Assembly (NCBI RefSeq): GCF_018350175.1
Contig: NC_058368.1
Span: 69,938,001 to 70,002,000 of the forward strand
From: Felis catus
Lineage: Eukaryota
Direction: 5' to 3'
Length of the DNA: 64,000 nt
In this document: piece after piece, positions 36,801 to 50,800 of the stretch
Numbering within the stretch: position 1 is the stretch's first letter
Layout of the letters: the number at the start of each line of letters is the position of its first letter
The notes under the pieces: model-generated
What the model saw: only the letters and a program-made list of their open reading frames with translations
Told to the model about the DNA's origin: nothing
Database searches by the model: none
Position numbers and translations under genes: made by a program

Positions 36801-39800
36801 TTTCAGAACTTCCCTTTTTAATGGGTTGTCTCCTAGACAATGCTGAAATAGCAAATCCTTTGATCCACTAAGGATTTAATGTTGCCAGTGAAAAGAAAAC
36901 AAGTTCCTGGCTTCTCTTTTTACCACACTGGGTGGGTTGGTGGGGTAAAATGTTGCTGGTTTTATGTATCTCCATAAAGACAATTTAAAGAAAGAGAAAA
37001 AGAATGAAGCTTTAGCATAGCACCAGAATGAGAAAGGACACCACGATTTAAACTGTTCAAAGTTTCCAAAGTTAGGAGACATTTTTGAAGAAATGAAAAT
37101 GATGATTCTGAGGCACAAAGGAAATACCAGAGGCACTTCCAGCTCAGACGAAATATGAAGATCAGGAAAGGGCCAAGTGACCATCATCAGAAGATTTCCT
37201 TCCGGATCTGCTAGGACAGTTGTGTGTATGTGCATACGTGAGGGATGGAGGAACGATCTAGAAGACACAAAAGAAGATGTCATGGACTTAACTATGTCTC
37301 CCAGCTCCCTCTCTCCAATTCACATGTTGAGGTCCTAACCCTCAGTACCTCAGAATGTGACCGTATTTGGAGGCTGGGTCTTTCAAGAGATAAAATGAGG
37401 TCATTAGGGTGGGCCTTAATCCAAGATCACTGGTGTCCTTATAAGAAGAGGCGATTAGGATACAGACCCACAGAAGAAAGACCATATGAAGACACAGAGA
37501 GAAGATGGCCATCTCTAAGCCAAGGGGAGAGGCCTCAGAGAAAACCAGCCCTGCCAATGCTTTGATATTGGACTTCCAGCCTCCAGAACTATGAGGAAAT
37601 AATTTTCTGTTGTTTAAGCCTTCCAGCCTGTGGTACTTTGTTATGGCAGCCTTAGCAACTCATACAGAAGAGAACAAAGAAAGAGAGGAAGAGCCAAAAA
37701 TCGAAAGGGCCTAGGGCTGGCTACTACCCAGATGCAGTTATACTGCAGGGAAACCTGAGCACACCAAGGAGAAAGAAGATACGGCTTGGTGAAACGAAAT
37801 TAAATCAACCACAGAGAGTGGCAGACGCTGTCTGTCTGTCTGTCTATCTGTCTATCTATCGTGAGTACAATTAGGTGCTAGATGCCAACAGAGATAAGAT
37901 TCTAGAGTTCTGGGAAGACAATGGCGGCTAACCTGTGACCAAGTGTGAGAACAGAAAAGCACTCCCAGGCAAGCAGGGACTCGCAATTTACCTCACAGCT
38001 TTTCTTGGTCAGATATTTGAACACGGTCTCAGCAAAACAAGAAAGGTGTCCAAGAAAGGTGATATGGAGTTCAAGAAAGAAAGGCGCTAACCTGGGCAAA
38101 CAGACAATTCTAGGAGGACAGCGGCATCTCAGGACTACAGAGCAAATGCCCTAGTTAGATTAAAGAGCGGGCTCGAGAGTTGGTTCTCAAAGAGGAAAGT
38201 GAATTCCCTTGATCCAATCCCTAGAGATACAGGTTTATCCTTTTGTCAACAAGAGGCCAAGTGAGTTACAGGAAAAACAAAGGTTGTGCAAGAAAACCTT
38301 AGTTTAAAATTAAAGCAGTCAGGGGCACCTGGGTGTCTCAGTCAGTTGAGTGTCTGACTTCAGCTCTGGTCATGATCTCACAGTTTGTGAGTTCGAGCCC
38401 CACATCAGGCTCTCTGCTGTCAGCACAGAGCCCGCTTCGGATCCTCTGTCCCCCTCCCTCTCTGCCCCTTCCCTGCTGGCATGCACGCTCTCTCTCTCTC
38501 TCTCAAAAATAAACATTAAAAAAAAAAAAGAATTAAAATTAAAACAATCAAGATGTAGTACCACCGAACAATTCAAGGTATATAACAGAATATTCCAATT
38601 AATCTTGACATTCAGAATGTTTCCATTTGAGGATATATTTTCTTTTCTTTTTTTTTTTTTTTTAACGTTTATTCATTTTAGAGACAGAGAGAGACAGAGC
38701 ATGAATGGGGGAAGGTCAGAGAGAGAGGAAGACACAGAATCTGAAACAGGCTCCAGGCTCTGAGCTGTCAGCACAGAGCCCGATGCGGGGCTTGAACTCA
38801 CGGACCGCTAGATCATGACCTGAGCCGAAGTCAGTCACCCAACCGACTGAGCCACCCAGGCGCCCCGAGGATATATTTTCAAGGATATAAAGTTGCGTTT
38901 CCTTCTCTTTCAGACTTCTATTACATTGTGGTTAATATTTATATAGTCAACCTGGAAACCCTGTATATTAATCTATTTTTAGAATTGACCTAGCACATGG
39001 AATACACACAATAATAAATATTACAAATGTTAACGATGTGAAATAAACCAGAGGTAAGGAGACATGAAAAGTTAATTCCATTTCTTTACCATTTCTATTA
39101 GATAATTAACAGTCATCATCCTAATCATATTACCTTTCCCTCCATTAGTTCATGTTTTAGTGGTAACTGGTAAAAACAAAAATCCAAAATTGTTAATGTG
39201 TGGCCACAAGGAAACAGGGATTGGTGGTAGGAGTTCAGCCAAATAGGAGACCTACTCTCATTTCTCTCCCAACTTATTCTTATTTTTCCATCTTACTTGA
39301 AAAGTGTATTTACAGAAAGTTGGCTTTTCGGTGTACAGTTCTATGAATTTTTTTTAACGTTTATTTATTTTTGAGACAGAGAGAGACAGAGCATGAACAG
39401 GGGAGGGGCAGAGAGAGAGGGAGACACAGAATCTGAAACGGGCTCCAGGCTCTGAGCTGTCAGCACAGAGCCCGACGCAGGGCTCGAACTCACGGACCAT
39501 GAGATCATGACCTAAGCCGAAGTCAGACGCTTAACCGACTGAGCCACCCAGGCGCCCCCAGCTCTATGAATTTTAACACATGTCTAGATTCATATAAATA
39601 CCACTACAACCAGAATACAGACCAGTTCCCCAAATCTCCCTCGTGCTGCCCATAGCCAAACCTCTCCTCCACTCCCAACCACTGATCTGTTCCCACATCC
39701 TTATAATTGTTTTGACCATTGTCAGAATGCCATGTGAATGGAATTATATAGTATGCATGTAACTTTTTTGAGATCGGCTTCTTTCATGGCATGATGCATT

Positions 39801-40333
39801 TGACATTCATTTATATTATTGTATATGTCAATAGTTTGTTCCTTTTTTGAGTAATATTCTTTCATGTGGATGTACTATAGTCTATTGTCTGTTTATCCAT
39901 TACCCACTGAAGGTCATTTGGGTGACTTCCAGTCTTTGGTGATTATGATTAGAGGTTCTATGAACATTTGTGTATAAGTTTTTATGTGAACGTAAGTTTG
40001 CATATATTTTTAATTAAAATATTTTTTTAATTTAAAATTTTTTTTTAATTTTTTTTCAACGTTTATTTATTTTTGGGACAGAGAGAGACAGAGCATGAAT
40101 GGGGGAGGGGCAGAGAGAGAGGGAGACACAGAATCGGAAACAGGCTCCAGGCTCTGAGCCATCAGCCCAGAGGCCGACGCGGGGCTCGAACTCACGGACC
40201 GCGAGATCGTAACCTGGCTGAAGTCGGACGCTTAACCGACTGCGCCACCCAGGCGCCCCTAATTTAATTTTTTTTTAATTTGAGAGAGAGAAAGAGCACA
40301 AGAGCACAAGCAGAAGAGGGGCAGAGGAAGGGG

Positions 40334-40381
<48 letters not shown>

Positions 40382-43300
40382 CTTTTTTTTTTTTTTTAAT
40401 TTTTTTTTTCAACGTTTTTATTTATTTTTGGGACAGAGAGAGACAGAGCATGAACGGGGGAGGAGCAGAGAGAGAGGGAGACACAGAATCGGAAACAGGC
40501 TCCAGGCTCTGAGCCATCAGCCCAGAGCCCGACGCGGGGCTCGAACTCACGGACCGCGAGATCGTGACCTGGCTGAAGTCGGACGCTTAACCGACTGCGC
40601 CACCCAGGCGCCCCGAGAGAGAGAATCTTAAGCAGGCACCATGCTCTGCTCAGAGCCTGATGCAGGGCTCAATCCCATGACCCTGGGATCATGACCTGAA
40701 CCAAAATCAAGAGTCAGATGCTCAACTGACTGAGCCACCCTGGTGCCCCAAGTTTGCATTTCTTTAGGATAAATATCTGAGAATGGATGGCTGGGTTGTA
40801 TGGTAAGTATACATTTGACTTTATAAGAAACTGCCTCACTGTTTTTCAACAAAGCATGGTTACTGTGTCTCCTCACCAGCATTTGGTATTATCAGTTAAA
40901 AAAATTATTAGAGCCGTCTAATAGGTATGTCATGCAACTCACCGTGGTTTTAATTTTAATTTTTTTAATGGCTAATGATGTTGAACATCTTTTCACATGT
41001 TTATTTGCAATGGATATATCTTCTCTGTTGTAATGTCAAAATCTTTTGCTGTTTTTTAACTGGGTTATTTTCTTATTATTGAGTTTAGAGAGTACTTTAT
41101 ATATTCTGGATACAAATACTTAGATATATGATTTGTAAATATTTTACACCAGAATGTAGCTTACCTTTTCATTCTCTTAACAGTGAGATTTACAGAACAA
41201 AGGGTTTTAGTTTGGATGAACTCTAATTTACCTATGTCTATATATCTATATGTATATATTAAAATGAAATATTATTCAGCCATTAAAAAGAAGGCACTCC
41301 TGCCATTGTGACAACATGGATGAACCTAGAAACATCATGCCAAGTGAAACAAGCCAGACAGAAAAAGACAAATACTGCATGGCATCACATATATATGGAA
41401 TCTAAAAAAAAAAAAAAAAAAGTTGAACTCATAGAAGCAGAGAGTAGAATGAATGGTGGTCGCCAGGGACTGGGGGTGGGAAACAGGGACACGTTGGGTT
41501 AAAGAGCACAAACTTAGTTCCAAGAGGAATAAGTTTCGAGGTTCTAATGTACAAATGGGGACTATAATTTGTAACACCATATTGTATACTTCAAGTGCAC
41601 TAAGTGATTAGATCTTAAGCATTCTTACCACACACGCAGAAGGTAACTAAGGTGATTGTGTTAATTTGATTGTAGTAAATGCTTCACAATGTATACATAT
41701 ATTGAACCATCATGTTGAATACTTTAAATATATACAATTTTATTTGTCATTTTATACCTCAATAAAAGTGGAAAAAGTCATAGAAAAATACTGCTATGAT
41801 TTTGATAGGAATTGCACTAAACCGAGGGGCCAGTTTGGGGAGAATTGACATTGTCACTATATTAAGTCTTCTTTTCTTTTAACTTTTATTTCTTAAATTT
41901 ATTTTTATTATTTTATTTCTTTAAAAGCCTTTTAAAGTTTACTTATTTTTGTGAGGCTGCGAGCGGGGGAGGGACAGAGAGAGAGAGAGAGACACAGAAT
42001 CCAAAGCAGGCTCCAGGCTCTGAGCTGTCAGCACAGAGCCCAACACGGGGCTCAAACTAACCAACTGAACTGCAAAGATCATGATCTGAGCTGAAGTTGG
42101 ACACTCAATCAACTGAGTCAACCAGGCCCCCCTTTTTTCTAACTTAAAAAGATTATTTTATTCATTCATTCATTCATTCATTCATTCATTCATTTATATT
42201 TTAGAGAGAGGGCTTGTGTGCACATGTGCACAAGCAGGGAGGGGCAGAGGGAAAGGGAAAGAGAATCTCAAGCAGGCTCCATCCTCAGCACAACGCCCAA
42301 TGCGGGGCTCAACACCACAACCCTGAGATCATGACCTGACCCAAAATCAACAACTGGTCACTCAATCGACAGAGCCACCTTGGTACCCCTATATTAAGTC
42401 TTCTAATCCATGAATCCAGCATATCTCTCCATTTATTTCACTCACTCTTAGTTTCTTTCATAAGCCTTTTGTAGTTTTAGTTCTCAAATCTTGTATATGG
42501 CAATAGTCAAAACAATGATAAAGATGTGGGAACAGATCAGTGGTTGCCTTGGGCTAGGAGTGGAGGAGAGGTTTGGCTATGGGCAACACGAGGGAGATTT
42601 GGGGAACTGGTCTGTATTCTGGTTGTAATGAATGGTGTTTATATGAATCTAGACCTGTGTTAAAATTCATAGAACTGTACACCATGTTTTATTAGATTTG
42701 CAGCTAGTATTTTATCTTTTTTTGGAGCTATTGCATAGTTTTAGAGTTTGTTTCCAATCACTCATTACTGGTATATAGAAATGTGATGCTTTGTTGCATT
42801 GCCCTTGTATTTTGTGCCATTTCTACACTTGTTCCTAAACTCACTTACTGATTCTATGAGTTTTTTGGTAGTCTTTGGGACATTCTGTGCAGATACTTAT
42901 GTCATCTGTGAGTAGGAATAGTTTATTTCTTCCTTTCCAATCAAGATGCTTCTTTTTCTAGTCTCACTGCACTGGTGTCTAGAAGGATACTGAATTGGAG
43001 TGGAGAGCACGGATGATCTTACGGGAAGACCATTCAGACTTTCACCGTTAAGTGTAACGATAGCTTTGGTTTTTTAGATGTCCTTTTTCAGAGTAAGGAA
43101 GTTCTCTTCAACTACTAGTTTGTTGAAGTTTTTTTTTTTTTTTAAATCATGAATGGACACTGAAGTTTATTAAATGCTTTTTCTGCATCCATTGATATGA
43201 TGATATGGATTTTTTTCTTTAGTTTATTCAGATGACAGTTTATCTTGATTGATTTTTTTTTTTTTTTGAATATTGAACCAGCCTTACATTCTTTGGATAC

Positions 43301-44823
43301 ATTCCCATACTCTCCTTGTTACAGCTGGACTTTATTATGGGAATCATCACTTCCATAAGAAGCTGATAAAACTTAAGTTTTAAAGAAATATACATACCTG
43401 ATGCCATTTTCTCCTTTTTCTGGCTTCTGGTTAAGGCCATCCTTTACCTGAGAAAGAAAGCATTTTCAACTCTTATCCACTTGAATAAGTTCAGATTACC
43501 ATTTCAGCCTTTGAGAAGGAGAATGACGTTGACATATATCCTAGGAGCTAAGGGCAGAATGACTATATGTGCAGGGCTCCAACCTTTGGCCTTGGTTTTC
43601 TTTAAGGTTAACATGAGCCTCCACAATTTTTGATGCTTGCTTTCTGGAGGTTCCACAGAACCCTACTGTCCAGGAATTTGGAATGAGTCACTCAAGAACT
43701 CCCTAATTCAGAGCCTGGAGCCTGTTTCCGATTCTGTGTCTCCCTCTCTCTCTGCCCCTCCCCCGTACATGCTCTGTCTCTCTCTGTCCCAAAAATAAAT
43801 AAACGTTGAAAAAAAAAATTTAAAGAACTCCCTAATAAAACACATGACCAAGAAGTCTTAATTCCATATTGTAGTTTCATAGAAGGTCACCTAAATTTAC
43901 CTTATAGAATACCCACAACTCCTTCACTTGGTTCAACTATACCTTCATAGTTTCTTTATATGTGGATTGGCTTATAAGCACTTGTATTTTGTCATGAAAT
44001 ATTTTGTGTATATTTTTATTGCTTTTACCTAATATATTTACTACATTTTTAAGGGACTGCTTTAATTTTCCAATTAGTGTGAATTTTATAACCAATACAA
44101 TTAAAGATATATTTAAAATTTTATCTCAAAAAGTTGCTAAGAATGCATATATGTATTCTGTGTGACTTGTATGCACTCGCCCCCCCCCCACTATATCATG
44201 CCCCAAAGTTCTTTTTAAACATTTTAATTAATATTAATCCTTCCCATCTATCACTCAAACTTTTATTGGAAGTCAAATGACTTGTACCCTTGAAGAAGGA
44301 AGACTTGAAGATGATCTTACATAATTATAATTGTACTACATGGGGTAAAAGAAAGTCACACCATTCACAGGCTGTTTCCAACATCACAAATAGTAAAGAA
44401 TCAGCTGTAGGTGTCTAACTACTTACCACGCGGTAGTTATTGGGGGCCCACACTAGCAGGGTATGGCGATGGCCCTGCTCAAACTTATGAGTTACTGGAG
44501 TGATGGGTAATCCAGTAGAAGAGATGTTTATACTTGTCAGTTTGTCTACATCAAACGTCATAAATTCATTTGTCTATAACGGGAGAAAAGGAGTCAAAGT
44601 TAATACCATAGCATCTTATTCTGCACTGTCACGCAGAATAACTGCACACTGCCATGGCATATCATTTGACATCCCCAGTTGACGTTCATACACATCAAAA
44701 AAATGCCTTGAGGGGCGGGGCGGGGGGTGCTTGGCTGGTTCTGTCAGTAGAGCATGTGACTCTTAATCTCAGGGTGGTGAGTTCAAGCTCCACATTGGGC
44801 ACAGAAGCTACTTGGAAAGAAAG

Positions 44824-44893
<70 letters not shown>

Positions 44894-47800
44894 GGAGGAA
44901 AGAAGAAAGGAAGGAAGAAAGAGAGAGAGAGAGAGAGAGGGAGGGAGGGAGGGAGGAAGGAAGAAAGAAGCCTCCCACCCACTCTTTTGAACTCTGTCAT
45001 GAACTTCTTTAGTGTTACACAAGAATTATACTTTTTGTACAGCATTTTACTATTATTTCATTTTATGAAAATAAATGTTCTGGAAATCATTTCTACCATT
45101 GGTCAAAGAGTAGTTTTAGAGGAAAAGCCATAACCCTGGTGACAATCAGTACTGGGCTGCTCTGAGCACTCAGAAGTCAAATTTTCTTTTTTCTTCGAGA
45201 TTGTCAGTTTCATAAGCTATAAGGGAGCGGTTCTTAACCGTGGCTGAACAGGAGTGAGACCAGTTAAATCAAAATCTATGAGGTATCAGAATTTTCAAAG
45301 CTCTCTAGGTGATTCCAGTATGGACCCAAGGATGAGAACCTCTAATTGAGACCAGCGACCATCCAGATTAGGGTTTTCTGACCTTGGCACTATTGACGTT
45401 TGGGGCCAGATAATTCTTTGTTGTGGGACTGTGTGTCAGCATCCCTGGCTTCTTACATATGAAATGCCAAGAGCACACTCTCAGTTGTGACAATGAAAAA
45501 TGTTTCCAGAAATTACCAAATGTCCCCTTTGGGGGCAAAATAACCCCTAGTAGAGAACCATTGCCAGATCCTTGCTGTTTAAAATGTGGATCCATGCACG
45601 AGAGAGCATGTTAAAAATTCAGCATTTCAGACCTACTGATTAAGACTCTGCATTTCATAAGCTCCCCAGGTGATTCACATGTACATTAAAGTTTGAGGCA
45701 CACTGGTCTGGAGTGAGGCCAAAATGAGACCAAGATAACAAGACATTTCACTTCTGGACTTGTTGTAGGAATTACATAAGGGTCAAGAAGATCAGTTTCT
45801 TCAAATCCTATTATAATTCAGGTCAGAAGATAAAAAAGGAAGTTGAATTCCCTTCTACTTACCTGGGACATTTGGTCAAGTGTCACTGCGCTTCCAGGAA
45901 AATATACAGTCATGTTATCATTTCCTATATTCAGTACTTTAATCTGGACTTCGTTTTGTTTGGGGAAGACTGGAAGAGTTTTCTGAGCAAAATAAAAGAA
46001 GATTAGCAGTGATGTCTCCACGCACATTGAAGATAAGCTTGCCCTAGCACGACAGTCACCCCCCCCCCCCCCTGCTACAGCACAGAAAGCCGCCCCGGCT
46101 GAGATACCAAACTCCCCTGTGAAGTCTTCAGGTGTTCACCTCATGGCACCCACAGAAAATGATGCTTGTACAAAACATGGAAGAAATCACAAAGAGGCTG
46201 CTCTGGGTCTTACCTAGTCACCTCCAAGTCAAAGGATACCAGGTTATGAGGCCTGCTCTCTGAGGAGGTCAGAGTAACCACAGCCCAAGTGAATGTTTAT
46301 CTTGTTGTGACACGTGAGATCTACTCTCCTGGAGGCCACCATCATCCCCTCTAACTTTGGGAGCCTGGACCACAGCCTTGACAGTGCTCTCGACATCCTT
46401 CCGTAGGTATTCTATGCCCTCCTGCCTCCACACGTTCCTTCAGGGCTTCTGCCTTCTCCCTGTAGTGCTCTCTCTCAAATCCTGGGGTCCATGGAGCAAT
46501 CCTTTCAATTCTAGTCTAGAAGCCTACACTAGTCCCACAGTTCATTTTGCACAAAGCAAGCTATGTTCCAGAGCAAGTGAGTACACGCACGTTCACAGGA
46601 ACACAACACACGGTAGCCAAAACATCAAAGCAATGCAAATGTCCACTGACGGACGAATGGATAAACAAAACGTGGTCCATCCAACAGTGGACTATGATTC
46701 CACTTTACCAAAGAGGGAGATTCTGACACCTGCTACCGCATGGAAGAAGCTTGGGGACATTATGCTTGGTGAAACAAGCCACCCAGCAAAGACCTCTTGG
46801 TGTATGAATCCGCTTTGATGAGGTACCAGGAGTGCACGAACTCATAAAGACAGTAAGTGGGATGGTGGTTGCCAGGGGCTGGGGGAGGGGAGATGGGGAG
46901 CTGTTTTTAATGGGCACAGAGCTTTAGTGTTGCAAGATGAAAAGCATTCTGGAGATTGATTGCACGACACTGTGAATGTATTTAACATGACTGAACTGTA
47001 TACTTAGAAATGGTTAAGATGGTGAATTTTTTTAATGTATGTTTTATCACAATTCCAAATTTTAAAAAAATTTAAAAAGAGAGAAGGAGGGAGGGAGGGA
47101 GAGATAAAGACAGAAACAGAGAGAGACAGAGAGAGACACACACACAGAGACAGAGGGGAGGAGACAGACCGAGACAGAGAAAGGAGGAGGGGAGAGAGGT
47201 GGGAGGGGAGTGTTTACCTCCTGTCTTACACACTATGTAACGCCCGTTTCCGGGGCCTGGTCTCAAACTAACAGCACTAGAAACCTGGTTTAGTGCCACT
47301 GTGGGTCCAACAGACTGAGTGTGGACTGGAGTGGGGACTAACATCACTAGAAACTTGAGATTACAGAGGCGTCTTCCCAAAGACAATTTACATATTTTCA
47401 AAGTGCTTCTTGTTTGTTGAGTGATGAACTTCTAACCAGACTTCCTAGGAGTTCAGATTGCAAAAAACAAGTTCCATGAACTCCCGCTCCCCTTACATAA
47501 ACCGTGTCAGTGGAAACTCCCTGTGTCACCGCCATGCATACTTCTCAAGTGAAGCACACCCATCTGACTCTACTGCAGGCTGCCCCCTTCACAGTGACGA
47601 GAACCTGTAGTGCGCACTGCCCGAAAAGGACCATTTTGCCCCTGCAACACATCCACATTGTCTCTGGCTCCAGGACAGTCTGTCGGCAGAGACCCTGGCC
47701 TCCCCTAATCCCCACAGCCCCGGAGAAAGAAGCCTTCCGAACATTCCACCTGACCCGCAGGAAAAGCCACTGGGGGACCAGAGGGCAACTCACATCAATT

Positions 47801-50800
47801 TCCACTTGCACAATTGCCGCCACCACGAAAGCCATGGAAGCCAGGAACATTCCAACTGTCATCTTCTTCAAAGAGCTGAGACATAAGTAAGAGTGACTCT
47901 CAACCAGCCTCATACACAAGCGAGCTAATGATAACATTCCTTTCCCGTCATCCACCCAAACAAAACTAACCTCCCTGTGAAATACTGTTCGAAAGTGTCT
48001 CTTCCTCTCTTATTTCTGATTGAGATGAGGAAGGATATATATAAGGGAGCTTATTTGCATTTTCACATTTAATTTCTAGAAACTATGGCTTAGGCGATAC
48101 GTTGGATGACAGTTAACATTTCTATCATCTACATATATGAAAGCTTTAATTAGAAGCTTTTCAGGCTGCCTTTTACAGCACTTTTATGTTAAGGGCAAAT
48201 TTCCAGAAACATTAGCACAGAGACCTCTCATTCAAATATAATTCTTTAAAAACCCCATCATATAGGTGGTGTGGTGGGAGGGGAGACATTCTTTCCAGCT
48301 GATGGAGTGCGGTCTATTTGCAAAGCCCTGGGACTGACAGGGCCTCACCCCCACCCCCAACCTGCCGAGAACCTACGTGAAATTGAAGCCACATTTTGCA
48401 ATCAGAGGATATATCACGGCATCCACAATGGGGACCATGATGACGATCAAGATGGCGTTCACGGTCTGTGGGTGGAGTGGAGAGGAACCGTTAGCTGTTG
48501 TCTCAAAGGTACTTTGATCTCAGAAAGCAACTTAAACATCTTCTCCTACCTGCATCTGGTCCGGCTGAATTTCAAGAAGTCCCTGAAAAGAGCAGGGGGG
48601 AAAGTCTCACTGATCAGTTCCCAGAGGTGATCAGTTGGGGAGGATGAAGAATGTTGTGACAGGGAAGGGAAAGAGGGTGAAGGGACTAAAACAGAGGAGC
48701 GGTGACCAGGGGAGGGAGAATAGCTGGTCGTCCCGAACTTACAATTTTCCCACTCATAGCTGTGGCTTGCAGCGTCCACCTGGAGCCCTAAAAATGAATA
48801 CGTTCACTGCATCATTTGGGAACATGAGTTTTAAACGTTTTACAAGTCAATGTTGCATCTCTTCCAGAGCAGGAAGGAGGTCTGAAATGTTATGGGATTT
48901 AAATGTTATGGGATTTAAACCTCAAGTTTATCTTCCAGCTCCATTGTCACGCTGGGTAAAACCAAACAACTTGCATTTCTGCACAGGTTAACACAACATA
49001 TAGTTCTCAACCCCAGGGAAGAATCTAGAAAGCGCTCTTCTGAGAGACGGCCATCCTTAGGAAATACAAAGACACAGGCTGAGGCCTGTTGGAAAGCATG
49101 GCATCACCTTACAAGGTGGAGGCAGCTACGTACACGTGAGATATTCTACATTCACTGGCATCACAGTTTCAAGAACATCTTTTTTTTTTTTTAAGTTTAT
49201 TTATTTTGGGAGATAGAGGGAAAGTGAGCATGAGTGGGTGAGGGGGAGAGAGAGAGAGAGAGAACCCCAAGCAAGCTCTGCATTGTCAGTGCAGAGCCCA
49301 ATGTGGGGCTCAATTCCACAAACCACAATATCATGACCTGAGCAGAAACCAAGAGTGGGACACTTAACTGACTGAGCCACCAGGTGCTCCAAGAATATCA
49401 TTATTGTTAAGAGCCGTGTTTGACAGTCTAGGCTGTCCTGAAGTAGAAATCCACCAATAGAGTGATGGTTCAGGGGCGCCTGGGTGGCTCAGTTGGTTAG
49501 GGATCCAACTCTTGATTTTGGCTCAGGTCATGATCTCATGGTTTGTGTGATCGAGCCCCACCTTGGGCTCCATGCTGATGGTGCAGAGCCTGCTTGGGAT
49601 TCTCTCTCTCCCTCTCTCTCTCTGCCCCTTCCCCTTGCCCTCCCCATCAAAATAAATAAATAAACATTTTTAAAAAGACTGACGGATTTAACCCTGCAGC
49701 CTAGTTACATTCAACTTATTTTATATAAAGAGGATTCAGGACTGTATGCAGGTACATGTGATTATTTCCATGGAGGACTGAACACATAAAGTTTTCAATC
49801 TGTCAACTCCGTTTAGAAGGCATTATGGAAAGTCAAGAAGTACACCACTGCTTGAGCTCTTAAGAGATGTCAGGCACGGATCACTTTATGCACGGTCTCT
49901 AATTTGATCCGCACAGCCTTGCCATGGGCGATTACCCTTCCAGGAGCATTACAGAATCTGCCCCCCGCCCCAGTCATACAGCTAGAAGGTGATGAGTGTG
50001 CTTCTAGAGCAAATCTGATTCCTATTTAGCTGGTTCCTATTCAACACGCAAAACTGCCTCCCTGTGCTTAAGATGCTGGTCTAAATCCCAGATTTACAAC
50101 TAAGGAGATTAATGTGTTCACTCAAAATTTTTCCAAGAGTTGTTTTGTCCTTCTAATAACCTTTCCTGTACAATAAAAGGACCTGCGTTTATAATTTTTT
50201 TTAAAGCTGCAGTTTCTAGAAGAAACACTATCTCATTACTCTGGCAACCGAGTATTCACGCATTGAGTTGTTTAACCCAAATCTGAAAACTTCCTAGGCA
50301 CACGTCTTCCGGTTGCGGGAGCAAGAGGAGGGTGACAAGGCACTGATCTGGGTTTGAGTTCTTTGCTCTGGTCGGAATGACTTAGGTAGTCATTTCACAT
50401 CTTTGGATGGTACTTCTAGCTCAAGCATTCTATTTTAGAGCAGAAGGTATCAAGGCCTTTTTCAGCTTAAATGTTCTGTGGATCCCATAAAAGGCAATAC
50501 TGTATGTACATCCTCTGAGCACACTGTATCAGTAGAAAAGCTCTTTATTCTTGGTTTCACTGGTAAGAATTCTAGATACTTTGATTAAGTCTTTCCCAAG
50601 GCTCTGTAAGCTGACCACACCTGATTTTCTTCATTGTTTTGCAACAGAAATGTGGATAGAACCATTTAGAGTTGTGGTGTTGTTTTTTTTTTTTTTAAAG
50701 AAACTCAGCGTGATCTAACACTTAGTAAATAAACGAAGTATAAAAAAGAAACTGGAAGAAAACGTTTTTAGAAGCTAAATACTAAGTACTGCCCCATCCG

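Noticed and set aside
44654..45133. 159-aa Lys/Glu/Arg-rich ORF
   Set aside because: Translation of the (GAAA)n microsatellite and SINE head.
47504..48991. Plus-strand ORFs of 118-128 aa overlapping exons 12-15
   Set aside because: Antisense shadows of SLC15A1 coding exons with no independent coding evidence.
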